Of a DNA stretch of 64,000 nt, positions 21,581-32,500 are shown piece by piece. A program made the translations under genes and the position numbers. Where the stretch lies: NCBI GenBank assembly GCA_963755915.1, contig CAVWLP010000002.1, positions 2,592,001 to 2,656,000 of the forward strand. Reading direction: 5' to 3'. Position 1 is the stretch's first letter, and every line of letters begins with the position of its first letter. This DNA is from an uncultured Phycisphaerales bacterium. Its GTDB lineage: Bacteria > Planctomycetota > Phycisphaerae > Tepidisphaerales > Tepidisphaeraceae. The notes beneath the pieces were generated by a model, which was given only the letters and a program-made list of their open reading frames with translations, searched no databases and was not told the DNA's origin.

Positions 21581-21861
21581 TTCGATTTGCGGCGCAAGCG
21601 TTTGCGGATGGCCCGGGCGACGGCCTGGCGATCCCTAAGATCAAGCTCAGTTTTTTTTTCGCCGGGTCGATGGGGATAACGCTGGTAAATTCCCTTCAAA
21701 ACCGGGTCCACGTCGGATGGCTTCTTGATTAAACCGTTGCGTCCGTTGGACTGCCGTGCGATTGCCTCCCGGACCAGAGAAGAAATTTCCACCCCCTGCC
21801 GGCGCAAAGCGGCGACCCTTTGGGCATCCTGCTCGTTCAAACGCACGGTGAGCATTTTCAT
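21577..21861 (-). CDS. Antitoxin with ribbon-helix-helix-like N-terminus (VapB-like)
   Basis: MKMLTVRLNEQD...ISSLVREAI; ATGA overlap with the PIN toxin. Confidence 0.75.
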   Translation of the reverse strand: MKMLTVRLNEQDAQRVAALRRQGVEISSLVREAIARQSNGRNGLIKKPSDVDPVLKGIYQRYPHRPGEKKTELDLRDRQAVARAIRKRLRRKSK

Positions 21862-21867
21862 GGCATG

Positions 21868-21895
21868 AGTATATACGCATTGTATATACAATCAA
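21868..21895 (-). promoter_or_regulatory. TA promoter with palindromic operators
   Basis: Minus strand TTGATT-N16-TATACT, ending 6 nt before the ATG (leaderless-type); overlapped by palindromes GTATATAC (21869-21876) and TTGTATATACAA (21880-21891). Confidence 0.65.
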
Positions 21896-21904
21896 CGACC
21901 GGAC

Positions 21905-22267
21905 ATGCTTCGGACGGAGGCGGGAGTGAACGGCTTCGAATACGGCGTCGGCTGGTCGGACAGGAAAGACGGGATGGTTTCGGGGCTTTCGTCGGAGGAG
22001 ACGGAAATCAAATACACGTTGCCTGGGGATGCGAACCTGGACGGGGCCGTGAATGGGTCGGATTTTTCTGCGCTGGCGGCGAATTTTGGGCAGGGGGATT
22101 CGGGGGCGGATGTGGGCGTTTCTGTGGCCGACATTGCGGCGCTGGATGCGTTTGCGGGGGCGAATGGGTTGGCGTTGCCGGTTGCCGGGGCGGTGCCTGA
22201 ACCGGGGGCAGGGGGGATGGTAATCGGGGCGATTTCCGCGGGGTTTTGCGTCGGGGGCGTCGGGTGA
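21905..22267 (+). pseudogene. Orphan C-terminal module (partial dockerin-like + PEP-CTERM) with no signal peptide or cargo
   Basis: VNGFEYGVGWSD...YTLPGDANLDGAVNGSDFSALAANFGQGDSG...VPEP; lacks exactly one 30-aa (90-nt) internal repeat and the basic tail. Confidence 0.8.
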
Positions 22268-22462
22268 GGTAATTGGAGGTGACGTTGAGCTGTTGGGGGG
22301 AACAGCGCCGTGCAAGCACGGCGGCTACACGGGGAGAAGTCGGCGACGGGCGGGGGTGATTTTTGGCTTGAAATTGCGGAGGGGGGGCGTATCTTGGGGT
22401 TGGGAGAAGTGTTCATTTCTGCCGTATTTGGTTGGGAATAATGGAAAAGCATTGAGGGCGTT

Positions 22463-25400
22463 ATGCGCTCAGCGAAGAAATCGTCGCGTATTGCTCTGAT
22501 TCTTGGGCTGGCGGCGTCGGTGACGCTGGGTGGAATCGTCATGGGGGCCACCGATACGGAGACGGGGGCGAATGGGTCGAACGGAACGAACGGGCAGACG
22601 CCGGGGGCAAATGGAACGAGCGGGGGCGACGGGGGGCAGGCGACGGCGACGGCTATCAGCACGGATTCTTCGAACACGGCGACGGCGACGGGTGGGACCG
22701 GGGGCAATGGGGGTAACGGGGGCGCGAGCACGGGGCAGACCAACGGGGGCTCGGGGGGAAACGGGGGGTCGGGCGGGAACGCGACCGCCACTGCGGGGAC
22801 GACGGCGGGCGCGGTTGCGGCTTCGTCAACCGCGTCGGCGACGGCGGGTGGTGGGGGAACGAATGGGGATTGCGGGAACCCATCGCAGCCGGGGCCGGGG
22901 CTTAACGATGGGGAGCCGGGGGTTCCCGGGCTCGCGGGGGTTGCGCAGGCGACGGCGACGGGGAGCAATACGGGCGCGGGAAATACACTGACGATCAGCG
23001 CGACTGCAGAGGGAGGGGCGGGCGGGGCGTTCGTGTCGCACAACAACGGAACGTATAACCCGGGCGGGCAGGAAGGGGGGGAAGGGACTGCCGAGGCGCA
23101 GGGAACTGCGCAGGGGGCGAGCGATGTGTCGGTGACGGCGGACGCGACCGGGGGGGAGGGAGGGGAAAGCTCGACGGATTATGGGGGGACGAATGGGCCG
23201 GGGGGAGTGGGAGGGGCGGCGAACGCGATCGCCACGGCGGCGTCGGTGGGGGCAGGGAATATTACGATTAACGTAGAAGCAACCGGCGGGGAGGGGGGAG
23301 CGGGGGCGGTGGGAGAAACGGAGGGATCGACGGCGGGGGCGGGAGGAACGGCTAATTTTGGGAATTCGAATTATCCGGTGATCAGCGGGACGACTGGGTC
23401 GGGAAATGTGACGATCACGGCGCAGTTCAACGGTGGGGCGGGGGGGCCGGGAGATGATTCCAACGGTGGAAGCGGGGCGAGCGAAAATATCGTGAACGCG
23501 CTGAATGCGACGACAACGGGAACGATTGCGCTGACCCAGACGGCCGTGGGGGGCGACGGCGGGTCGGGGGCGCTTTCGGGTGGAGGCATTGGGGGGAACG
23601 CCGGGGCGGGCACGAGTTCGCTGTCGCTGTCGAGCAGCGCGGCGTCGCTGACGATTACAACCAACGCCACGGGAGGCAACGGGGGGACCGGATGGCAAGT
23701 GAACGGATTTCAGGACAGTGCCAACGGGGGCGCGGCGACGTCGTATGCCAGCGCGACGAACAGTGCCGGTCCGGCGACGGCGAATGCCAACGCGACGGGG
23801 CAGAGCGGCGGGGATGGGGCGACGGGAGGGGCGGCGTCGGCGACGGCGATTGCGGCGACGAGCGGGACGAACAACGCAGTCGCGGCCAGTGCCATCACGA
23901 ATCCGGCGATGGTGGTGGAAAATGGGTTTGGAGGCAACGGAACGGCGAGCGCGATGGGGACGGCGGACGGGAACAGCGCGGTGAACGTGACGGCGAGCGC
24001 CGGCGGGCAGGCCGGAGGGCCGCAGGATCCGGGTTCGGGCAGCGGATATGCGGGGGGCGGGGCAAGCGCGAGCGCGAGCGGATCGAACGCGGGTTCGGCG
24101 AGCGTCATGGTGAGCGCGACGGCGCTGGGAGGGGAGGGGGGTGACAGCACTGGGGCCGTTAGCGGGGCGGGGGGGAGTGCGAGCGCGAGCGCTTCGGGCT
24201 CATCATCCGGCGGGGGAGCTGTTAGCGTCACGGCAATGCAGACGGGCGGGGAGGGAGGGTTGGCGCAGGGGGGGTTGGCAACCGAGGGGAGCGGGGCGAA
24301 TTCGTTCATGACCAATGCGGTTTCGGGGTCCACGAGCGGCGCGTTGACGCTGACGCAAACATCGGTCGCCGGGGATGCGGGATTTCCGGGGCTGGGGGTT
24401 GGGATTTCGGCGATGCCGGGGAATGCGACGTCTTCGTTGACGGCTTCGAACCCGGGCGGGGGGAGTCTGATCGCGACCGTTAGCGCGACGGGGGGATCGG
24501 TTGGAAATGCTACAAATGGAAACGCTGATGACGGGGGGACGGCCAGTGCGGCATTGGTGTTGACCAACGGCAATACGATCACCGGCTCGGCCAGCGCGGT
24601 TGGCGGGAACGGAGGGTCGTTTACTTCTGTTTCTGGCGCTACCGGGAACGGCGGAAATGGGGGTTCGGCCACGCTGGGTACGGTTATCGCGAACTCGACC
24701 GCGGATGCGGTGACGATCACGGGCTCGATCACCGGAGGTAACGGCGGGAGCGCCACCATGGGAGGAAGCGGGACGATTCCCAGCGGTAACGGGGGCAGCG
24801 GCGAGAGCGAAACGCTGGATGACCAGGTTGATGGCAACAGCCCAACGTCGGTCACGCTTTCGCAAATTGCCATTGGTGGAAATGGCGGGGAGACGACGGG
24901 CGGAGCGCCCGGTGCGGCGGGGATGGCCATGTCAACTTTGACGAGCACCAAATCAATCCCTTTCCTGAGCATCACGAGCAGCGCGACCGGCGGAGCGGGG
25001 GGCGAGCAGGATGTCGGCGGGAGCGGCGACTTAGGGGGATCGGCACTCGCGTCTGCCAGCGGGCAAAACACGGGGGCGGTGACGGTGGTTTCCACGGCGA
25101 CCGGGGGTGCGGGTGGTGCGGGCGGGAGTGTTATCGGTGAGACGGGGGGAGGCGTCGGGGATGTTGGCGGGACGGCCACCGCGAACGCGTCGGGCATATC
25201 GACTTCCGGCGGGAGCGTGAATGTGACGGCCACGCAAGTCGGGGGGGCGGGTGGGGCGGCGGTTTCCGGCGGCTCTGGGGCGGGGGCGGCATCGACGATG
25301 AGCAACGCTGTCGGCGGGGCAACGACCGGCTCACTCACGCTGACCCAGAATTCCACGGGCGGCATCGGCGGGATGGAGACTTCGGGATCGATACAGGCCG

Positions 25401-26662
25401 GCGCGGGCGGAAACGCTACCAGCACGCTGGCGTTTACCGACACGAGCTCCGCGGCCGTGATCGGCAACAGCAATGCTACGGGGGGGACGGGCGGTGATCC
25501 GGGCCGGGGCGGCGGCGGCCCGCCGGGCGGGAATGGCGGGGCGGCGAATGCGTTGTGCAGCCTTTTCGGAGGGACCAATGCTCTGACCGCAAACGCGACG
25601 GCGCAGGGAGGGGCGGGGGGGTTTGGCAATCCGGCTGGCAATGGGGGGAATGCGGTGGCGGTGGCGATGGTCTCCATAAACACGCGTCCGGCTTCAGCCA
25701 ATGCGCTGGCGACGGGCGGCACGGGCACAACCAATGGGACAGCCACGGCAACGGCGGGACTTGCGGGGATTATCGCGAGCGATTTTGTCCCGGCGACGAC
25801 CAGCGCTTCGGCGGAAGCGCAATTGACGTGGAATTCGGCTTCGGGGGCGACCGTCGTTTTCGGCCCCGCCGGAGATAACAGCGGCCAGGGGACGATTACG
25901 GGCACGATGGCGCTGATGAATACGGCCAGCGGGAGTGGATCGATTACGATCGGGAACGGGACGAATCCTACGACGCTTCGTCTGAGCGGGGACGGATCGC
26001 AGGGGTCGATCGTGGTTTCCACGAATTCGACGTTCGACATCAGCAATGATCATTTCTTCATCGATTACGGGATTGGCGGCGATCCGATCGCGTCGATCCG
26101 GTCGTGGCTGGTTTCGGGGTTCAATAACGGGGGATGGAATGGGACGGGGATTATTTCTTCGTCTGCGCAGACGGCGACGAACGGATTGAAATATGGGGTG
26201 GGGTGGGCGGATGGGGCGGATGGGACGGGTGCGGTGGCGGGGCTTTCGTCGGGTCAGATCGAATTGAAATATACGCTGCTGGGGGATGCGAACCTGGATG
26301 GGACGGTGAATGGATCGGATTTCAGCATCCTCGCGGCGAATTTTGGGTTGGGAGTTACCAATTGGGACCAGGGGAATTTTCTTTTTTCTTCGTCGGTGAA
26401 TGGGTCGGATTTTTCAGCGCTGGCGGTGAATTTTGGGCAGGGGGATTCGGGGGCGGATGTGGTCGTTTCGTCGGCCGACATCGCGGCGCTGGATGCGTTT
26501 GCGACTGCGAACGGGTTGGCGTTGCCGAGCATCGGGGCGGTGCCGGAACCGGCGGGCGTCGCTCTGCTTCTGTGCGGGATTATAGGGCTCTTTCCGCGGC
26601 GGCGAAGAAGCGACCCGCCGCCTTCTGGTGACGGGACAAAGCGCTTGTCCGACACTTTGTGA
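22463..26662 (+). CDS. 1399-aa Gly/Ala/Thr/Ser-rich repetitive surface protein with dockerin-like module and PEP-CTERM
   Basis: Signal peptide; many ATATGGxGGxGG units; four longer repeats marked by (S/T)GxLxLxQxxxGG; conserved tail. Confidence 0.85.
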   Translation: MRSAKKSSRIALILGLAASVTLGGIVMGATDTETGANGSNGTNGQTPGANGTSGGDGGQATATAISTDSSNTATATGGTGGNGGNGGASTGQTNGGSGGNGGSGGNATATAGTTAGAVAASSTASATAGGGGTNGDCGNPSQPGPGLNDGEPGVPGLAGVAQATATGSNTGAGNTLTISATAEGGAGGAFVSHNNGTYNPGGQEGGEGTAEAQGTAQGASDVSVTADATGGEGGESSTDYGGTNGPGGVGGAANAIATAASVGAGNITINVEATGGEGGAGAVGETEGSTAGAGGTANFGNSNYPVISGTTGSGNVTITAQFNGGAGGPGDDSNGGSGASENIVNALNATTTGTIALTQTAVGGDGGSGALSGGGIGGNAGAGTSSLSLSSSAASLTITTNATGGNGGTGWQVNGFQDSANGGAATSYASATNSAGPATANANATGQSGGDGATGGAASATAIAATSGTNNAVAASAITNPAMVVENGFGGNGTASAMGTADGNSAVNVTASAGGQAGGPQDPGSGSGYAGGGASASASGSNAGSASVMVSATALGGEGGDSTGAVSGAGGSASASASGSSSGGGAVSVTAMQTGGEGGLAQGGLATEGSGANSFMTNAVSGSTSGALTLTQTSVAGDAGFPGLGVGISAMPGNATSSLTASNPGGGSLIATVSATGGSVGNATNGNADDGGTASAALVLTNGNTITGSASAVGGNGGSFTSVSGATGNGGNGGSATLGTVIANSTADAVTITGSITGGNGGSATMGGSGTIPSGNGGSGESETLDDQVDGNSPTSVTLSQIAIGGNGGETTGGAPGAAGMAMSTLTSTKSIPFLSITSSATGGAGGEQDVGGSGDLGGSALASASGQNTGAVTVVSTATGGAGGAGGSVIGETGGGVGDVGGTATANASGISTSGGSVNVTATQVGGAGGAAVSGGSGAGAASTMSNAVGGATTGSLTLTQNSTGGIGGMETSGSIQAGAGGNATSTLAFTDTSSAAVIGNSNATGGTGGDPGRGGGGPPGGNGGAANALCSLFGGTNALTANATAQGGAGGFGNPAGNGGNAVAVAMVSINTRPASANALATGGTGTTNGTATATAGLAGIIASDFVPATTSASAEAQLTWNSASGATVVFGPAGDNSGQGTITGTMALMNTASGSGSITIGNGTNPTTLRLSGDGSQGSIVVSTNSTFDISNDHFFIDYGIGGDPIASIRSWLVSGFNNGGWNGTGIISSSAQTATNGLKYGVGWADGADGTGAVAGLSSGQIELKYTLLGDANLDGTVNGSDFSILAANFGLGVTNWDQGNFLFSSSVNGSDFSALAVNFGQGDSGADVVVSSADIAALDAFATANGLALPSIGAVPEPAGVALLLCGIIGLFPRRRRSDPPPSGDGTKRLSDTL

Positions 26663-26753
26663 ATTCATTTCCATCGCTGAAATTTGCTTGTTGAAGCTTC
26701 TAACGCGGAGTATATTGCGGGGTGTACGGCAAGCGCTTTCTGCGGAGGTTTTT

Positions 26754-29420
26754 GTGGCACTAAAAAGGGAGCGTGGGGCGGTTGCGATTGCTGGTGCGGC
26801 GGCGGGTTTTTTCTATCCGGGCTTGCGATCTTTTGGGCAGACCGCCGTCAACGTCAGTGTAAACGCCAATTCACCGATCACGTATGCCGACGGGGCGGCG
26901 ATCGCCACGATGCCGGCCACGGGGCTGGGGCTCTGCACGTCGGTTTATGCCAACATGTGGGGCGATCCGAATTTGCCTGGCGACATTGCCGCATCGGGTA
27001 TACAGATGTCGCGCTATCCTGGCGGAAGTTATGCGGACATCTACAATTGGTCATTAAACACGGCCAATGAGGGCGGGTACGTGGGGCCGGATGCGAACAT
27101 CGGCAATTTCTTCAACGTCATCAATGCCGCCGGGACGCAGGCGATGATTACCGTAAATTATGGCTCCAATACAACCGACACGATGGGTGCGCAGCCGCAG
27201 GAGGCGGCGGCGGAAGTTGCCTATGCGGATGCGCAGCCCGGAATTTACGGAACCAATTCGGACGTAAATCTGGGGAACGATGCGGCGGGGGTGGATTGGT
27301 ACACGGCGGGATATTGGGCACGATTGCGCGCTTCCACGCCGGCCGAGTACGAGCAGTGGGCGACCGCCGCCGGCGATTACAATCCGGCTTATTCCTTTCT
27401 GGCGATCGATCATCCGCAGCCGGAAAACATCCAGTACTGGGAAATCGGCAACGAGATCGGCGGCAACGGCTACTATGGGGATCAGTGGGAATACGATCTT
27501 CACGCACCCTATTACGAAGGCAACACGAACAGCAACGTCGGACGCTACATGAATCCGGCGCTTTCGCCGACGGCTTACGCGCAGAATCTCGTTCAGTTCG
27601 CAACGCTGATGAAGCAGGTCGATCCCAACATCAAAATCGGCGCCGGCTTTGATGCGGAGGCGAACAGCACCAACGATGCAGCCATCCTTCAAACTGCCGG
27701 GAACTACATCGACTTCGGTATCATTCACTGGTATCCGACGGGCTCGCTTCCGAGCATGATCACCAGCACGCTGCCGCAGGAGATCGCCAATCTGCGCACG
27801 AGCGTCGCCAACAATACGGACAAGGGTTACAACGGGATTGAGATCGACGTCACCGAATTCGGCGACGGAAATTCCTCTCCTCCGACGATCGAAAACGCGC
27901 TCTTCGCTGCCGACGCGTATGCGACCGGCTTCGAAAACGGGCTGCAAAACATGAATTTTCAGGAGATGAGCAGTTCGCATTATCTGAACGGGAACGGCAC
28001 CGCCGGGAATCCGGGCGAGGTTTATTACGCCATTCAGATGGTGAGCAAATTCGCGAGCACCGGCGATACGTTTGTCTCGACAACGTCGAGCAATTCGTCG
28101 CTGCGCATTCATGCGGTGACAAATCCGGATGGAACGGTGTCCCTGCTGCTGATCAACGACGGCACTACGTCGGCGGACAACGTCACCGTGAGCCTGAACG
28201 ATACCGTGCCGGTCGGCGGGAGCGGCACGCTTTATCTTTTCGGCAATTCGAATATCGGGACGACCGACACTCCGCCAAGCACGCAAACGCTCACGAATCT
28301 TGGGCCGTCATTTTCGCTTTCGATTCCCGCGGAAACCATCGGCACGCTGGTGATTCCCGAAGGGAATATTTACTGGGACAACGCCGGTGGCAGCGGCGAT
28401 GGAGTCACCTGGAACAGCGTGAGCCAAAACTGGCTGGAAGGTTCCGAGCCGCTGAGCTTCACGCCTGGCGTGGCAGTTGCGTTTACCGACACGAACAATG
28501 GTCACTATGGCGTGAGCCTCACCGCTACCGTCAGTCCGGCGTCGGTCCTGGTGAACAATAGCTTGGGCAACTACACGATCAGCGGCCCGGGGTTCATCGC
28601 GGGAACGGGAAGTCTTACCAAATCCGGCAGTGCGTCGCTGACGCTCAGCACGGTCAACACGTATACCGGCGGGACCGTCGTCAACGCCGGCGCCCTGATC
28701 GTCGGTGCAAACGGTGCGCTGCCCAATGCCTCGGTCACGATCAATGGGGGAACTCTCCGACTGGGAAACGGCACCGGGACTGCAAGCGTCTCGTCGCTCT
28801 CCATTTCCGGCAACGGAACCCTCGACATCACCAATAATCAATTGCTGATCGACTACGGCAACGGCCCGGACCCGATGGCGACGATCATTTCATACATTCA
28901 CAGCGGCTGGAACAGCAACTGGGGCAGTTCCGGAATCATTTTTTCTTCTCCGGAAGTCGTGAACGGCCACGAATACGGTATAGGCTGGTCGGACGGGAAA
29001 GACGGCGTGGTTTCGGGGCTTTCGTCGGGTCAGATTGAATTGAAATATACGCTGCTGGGTGATGCGAATCTGGATGGAACCGTCAATGGATCGGATTTCA
29101 GCATCCTCGCGGCGAATTTTGGGTTGGGGGTGACGAATTGGGACCAGGGGAATTTTCTGTTTTCGTCTTCGGTGAATGGGTCTGATTTTTCGGCGTTGGC
29201 GGCGAATTTCGGGCAGGGGGACAGCGGGGCGGATGTATCCATTTCGCAAGCCGATATCGCGGCGGTGGACGCGTTCGCCACAGCGAATGGATTGCCTTTG
29301 CCTACGATTGCGGCGGTGCCCGAACCTGCGTCGACCGGGGCGTTGTCGGCGATTGCCGGCGTGCTGGTCTTGCGAAGGCGGTGCGCGAATTTCCAAAACC
29401 TCATATACAATTTCTTGTAA
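26754..29420 (+). CDS. Clan GH-A glycoside hydrolase (GH44/GH51/GH79-like) with dockerin-like module and PEP-CTERM
   Basis: RYPGGSYADIYNW, YWEIGNE (acid/base) and VTEFG (nucleophile) motifs; GTG start after GGAGG; conserved tail. Confidence 0.8.
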   Translation: MALKRERGAVAIAGAAAGFFYPGLRSFGQTAVNVSVNANSPITYADGAAIATMPATGLGLCTSVYANMWGDPNLPGDIAASGIQMSRYPGGSYADIYNWSLNTANEGGYVGPDANIGNFFNVINAAGTQAMITVNYGSNTTDTMGAQPQEAAAEVAYADAQPGIYGTNSDVNLGNDAAGVDWYTAGYWARLRASTPAEYEQWATAAGDYNPAYSFLAIDHPQPENIQYWEIGNEIGGNGYYGDQWEYDLHAPYYEGNTNSNVGRYMNPALSPTAYAQNLVQFATLMKQVDPNIKIGAGFDAEANSTNDAAILQTAGNYIDFGIIHWYPTGSLPSMITSTLPQEIANLRTSVANNTDKGYNGIEIDVTEFGDGNSSPPTIENALFAADAYATGFENGLQNMNFQEMSSSHYLNGNGTAGNPGEVYYAIQMVSKFASTGDTFVSTTSSNSSLRIHAVTNPDGTVSLLLINDGTTSADNVTVSLNDTVPVGGSGTLYLFGNSNIGTTDTPPSTQTLTNLGPSFSLSIPAETIGTLVIPEGNIYWDNAGGSGDGVTWNSVSQNWLEGSEPLSFTPGVAVAFTDTNNGHYGVSLTATVSPASVLVNNSLGNYTISGPGFIAGTGSLTKSGSASLTLSTVNTYTGGTVVNAGALIVGANGALPNASVTINGGTLRLGNGTGTASVSSLSISGNGTLDITNNQLLIDYGNGPDPMATIISYIHSGWNSNWGSSGIIFSSPEVVNGHEYGIGWSDGKDGVVSGLSSGQIELKYTLLGDANLDGTVNGSDFSILAANFGLGVTNWDQGNFLFSSSVNGSDFSALAANFGQGDSGADVSISQADIAAVDAFATANGLPLPTIAAVPEPASTGALSAIAGVLVLRRRCANFQNLIYNFL

Positions 29421-29567
29421 ATCGCCGCTGCGCCAATAGAATGAGGATCCAACGTATTTGTCCCGACGTCGGGCCGGGGCTTCAGCAGATTTTCAACTTA
29501 TTCCGAACAGGGAAGGTCGGAAAATGGATCGTTCAGGGAGGACGCACGCTTTTAACCCGCGGATCGC

Positions 29568-32500
29568 GTGCACAAAAGGGCCGGCGTCTGCGGGATTTCC
29601 AGGCGCGGCTGGAAGTTGGTTTGCGCGGCGGCGGGGCTGGCGGCGCTTCGGGCTCCTCGATTTGCAGCCGCGGGTGGGCTTTATATCTACAGCGGGACGC
29701 AAACCTTTACCACGAGCTATTCGATCAGCGGCGTTCCGGCGGGCCAGAGCGGGCTTGTGGTTGGGGACAACACGGCGCCAGCGGCGGTGTATATTGAGTC
29801 GGGCGACTTTTCGGTCGTGGACAACGGGAGCGACGATTCGAGCCTTATCAATGGGGAGGGATTTTTTGAATTGCAGGGGGGGGAGGCGCAATTTGGGGCG
29901 TTTTTCAGCGTTGCCGACTCGGCGGATGAGTCTGCCAGCGCGGTCGTGGAGGGGGGGACATTTACGGTTGCCAATACCTACTCGGGCAGCGTTCCCGACA
30001 TTTATGTGGGACGATTTGGCTCGGGCACGTTTACGCAGAGCGGCGGGTCTGTCAGCGCGGAGGAGGTGCTTTATCTCGCGTACGGAAACGGATCGAGCGG
30101 GTACTATAGCCTGAGCGGGGCGAACAGTTCGCTCAGCGCCGATGAGGAAATAATCGGCGACAGCGGAAGCGGGACGTTGGTTCAAAGCGGCGGGACGAAT
30201 TCGGCGAACAATTTGTATCTCGGGCTTTTGCAGTCATACGCCAGCGGTAGTTATACGCTCAGCGGGGCGGGCCTTTTGGAGATCAGCGTCGGGGAGAATG
30301 TTGGCAGTTACGGGGCCGGCACATTCAGTCAGATTGGGGGAGAGAATGCGACGGATTCGCTCAGCATCGGCACGCTGGGGACTTACGCGCAGAGCGGCGG
30401 AACGCTAACGACGGGCTCGATCAGCGTTTCGTCGGGCGGCGCGTTTTTGTGGACGGGGGGAACACTGAGCCTGACCAATTCGACGCTTACCATCGGGAGT
30501 GGGGGACCACTGGGGTCAAACTTTACGCTGGGAAATGGCCAGGCGCTGGAGGTGACAAATTCTTCGGGCTCGTTGCTGATTGAAAACGGGGCGATGGTGC
30601 AGAACTCGGGATCGTCGGTCTCGGTGCAGTATTACGAAGACATTGGAAACTCGGGGGTCGGAACCTATACGCAAAACGGGGGCGCTAATACGACGCCGTG
30701 GCTTTACCTTGGTTTTAACTCAAGCGCACAGGGAAGTTATGTGTTGACGGGCGGCAGCCTTTCGGTGGCCAACAGCGAATACATCGGCAGTTCGGGGAGT
30801 GCGACGTTTATTCAGCAGGGGGGCGTGAACACCTGTGGGGAAAGTCTTTCGATCGGCACGGCGGGGGCATACGCTTTATCCGGCGGGATTTTAAATGTTG
30901 CGGCGTTTTCGATCTCGGCGCCGGGCGACTTCGTCTGGACGGGCGGAGCGCTTGATCTGACTAATTCCGGGCTTACGGTCGGACCCGGTGGCGAGCTGGG
31001 GTCGGGCGTGACGGTCGGGTTCGGACAGACGCTGGAGATTTCAAGCGCGGGGCAGAGCCTTGCGGTTATGGGGACGTTGGCCATCGCTGCCGGGGGGATG
31101 GTGCAGACGCCGACGATTTCGCAATCGGGCGGAATGGTGGAGATGACGGGAGGGAGCCTTAGCGCAGACGCGGGAAATCTCGGCGGCGCGGGGACGCTTG
31201 TGCAGAGCGGCGGGGCTGCCTCGATCAGCGGGCTGACGATCGGGGGTGCGCTATATGATCTGCAGACGGGGACGCTGACGGCGAACACGATCACGATCAA
31301 CAGCGGCGGGGAATTGCGCGGGGGATATGAAAGCGGGTTTCAATTCGATCTTTTCGCGGGAACCGTAACGGTCAATTCCGGCGGCGCGCTGCACCTGGCC
31401 GACGGAGGGTTCAATGGGGGATGGAGCGACAGCATCGCGACACTTGACGTGAACGGGGGGACGGTGGCCGGCTCGATCCTTTCTGTCGGCAATTTTAATT
31501 ATGTGAGCGGAAACACTTCGGGATTGACGCTTCGGCTGACCGGATCGGGGAGCGTTTCAGATTGGAATCTGGCCGAGCTCGATTTGGACAGTGCGACTCC
31601 GCTGAACATTTCCGGGGGGGAAAGCCTTTCGGCGGGGACTGAAGCGGTGGGGGATCTTGGGTTGGGAACCGTCGATCAAAGCGGGGGGGCGAACAATGTT
31701 TCATCGCTCGAATTGGCGCTCAGTTCCGGGGCGGGCGGAACATACAGCCTCAGCGCCGGCATGCTGACGTGCGCCGGCTCGGAAAGCCTGGGGATCGGCG
31801 GAACCGGGACGTTTATTCAGAGCGGTGGTTTGAATACCATCAGTGGCGGCGCTGGGGGGCTTTATCTGGGCGCTTCGCCGTTCACGGCGGGGTATTACAC
31901 GCTGAGCGCGGGGGGCAGTTTGACCGTCAGCGGAGCGGAGGTTATTGGGGCGGGTGGGGCGGGGACGTTCACGCAAAATGGGGGGAACAATTTTGGGTCG
32001 TCACTGATGGTCGGTTCCGGTTCTCTGGGCCGTTACACACTCAGCGGCAGCGGGTCACTGACAGTGTCCGGGACAGAGGTGGTTGGAAATGGGGCCATGG
32101 GGAGCGGCAGATTCGTCCAAACGAGCGGGACGAATAGCGCTTTGGGCGAGCTCTCGGTCGGGGAAAATGGAACGTATGCCCTTTCGGGCGGCGCGTTGAA
32201 TTCGGGCACCCTCGGCGTCGAAGGCGGGGGGATATTCAACTGGACGGGGGGCGCACTGTCGGCGGGGTCGATCGATCAGACCGGAGGTACATTCTTCACG
32301 TCTGGGCGCTCAACATCGCCGGCAGCGGAGGGGTGGCGGGGTCGTATGTGATCAGCGGTGGGGTTCTCTCCGCCGGCGCTTTGACGGTTTCCAGTGGCGG
32401 GACGTTTTTCCTTTCCGGAGGGGCTGTGAATGCGGGTTCTCTGAGCGTCGGGGCTGTGTCGGAATTGGACTGGACTTCGGGCACGCTCGACATCACGGGT

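Noticed and set aside
23710-26046. 778-aa Pro-rich minus-strand ORF and similar antisense ORFs (6315..7307, 20329..21123, 27054..28286)
   Set aside because: Shadows of Gly-rich or high-GC sense genes, with no independent motifs or start signals.
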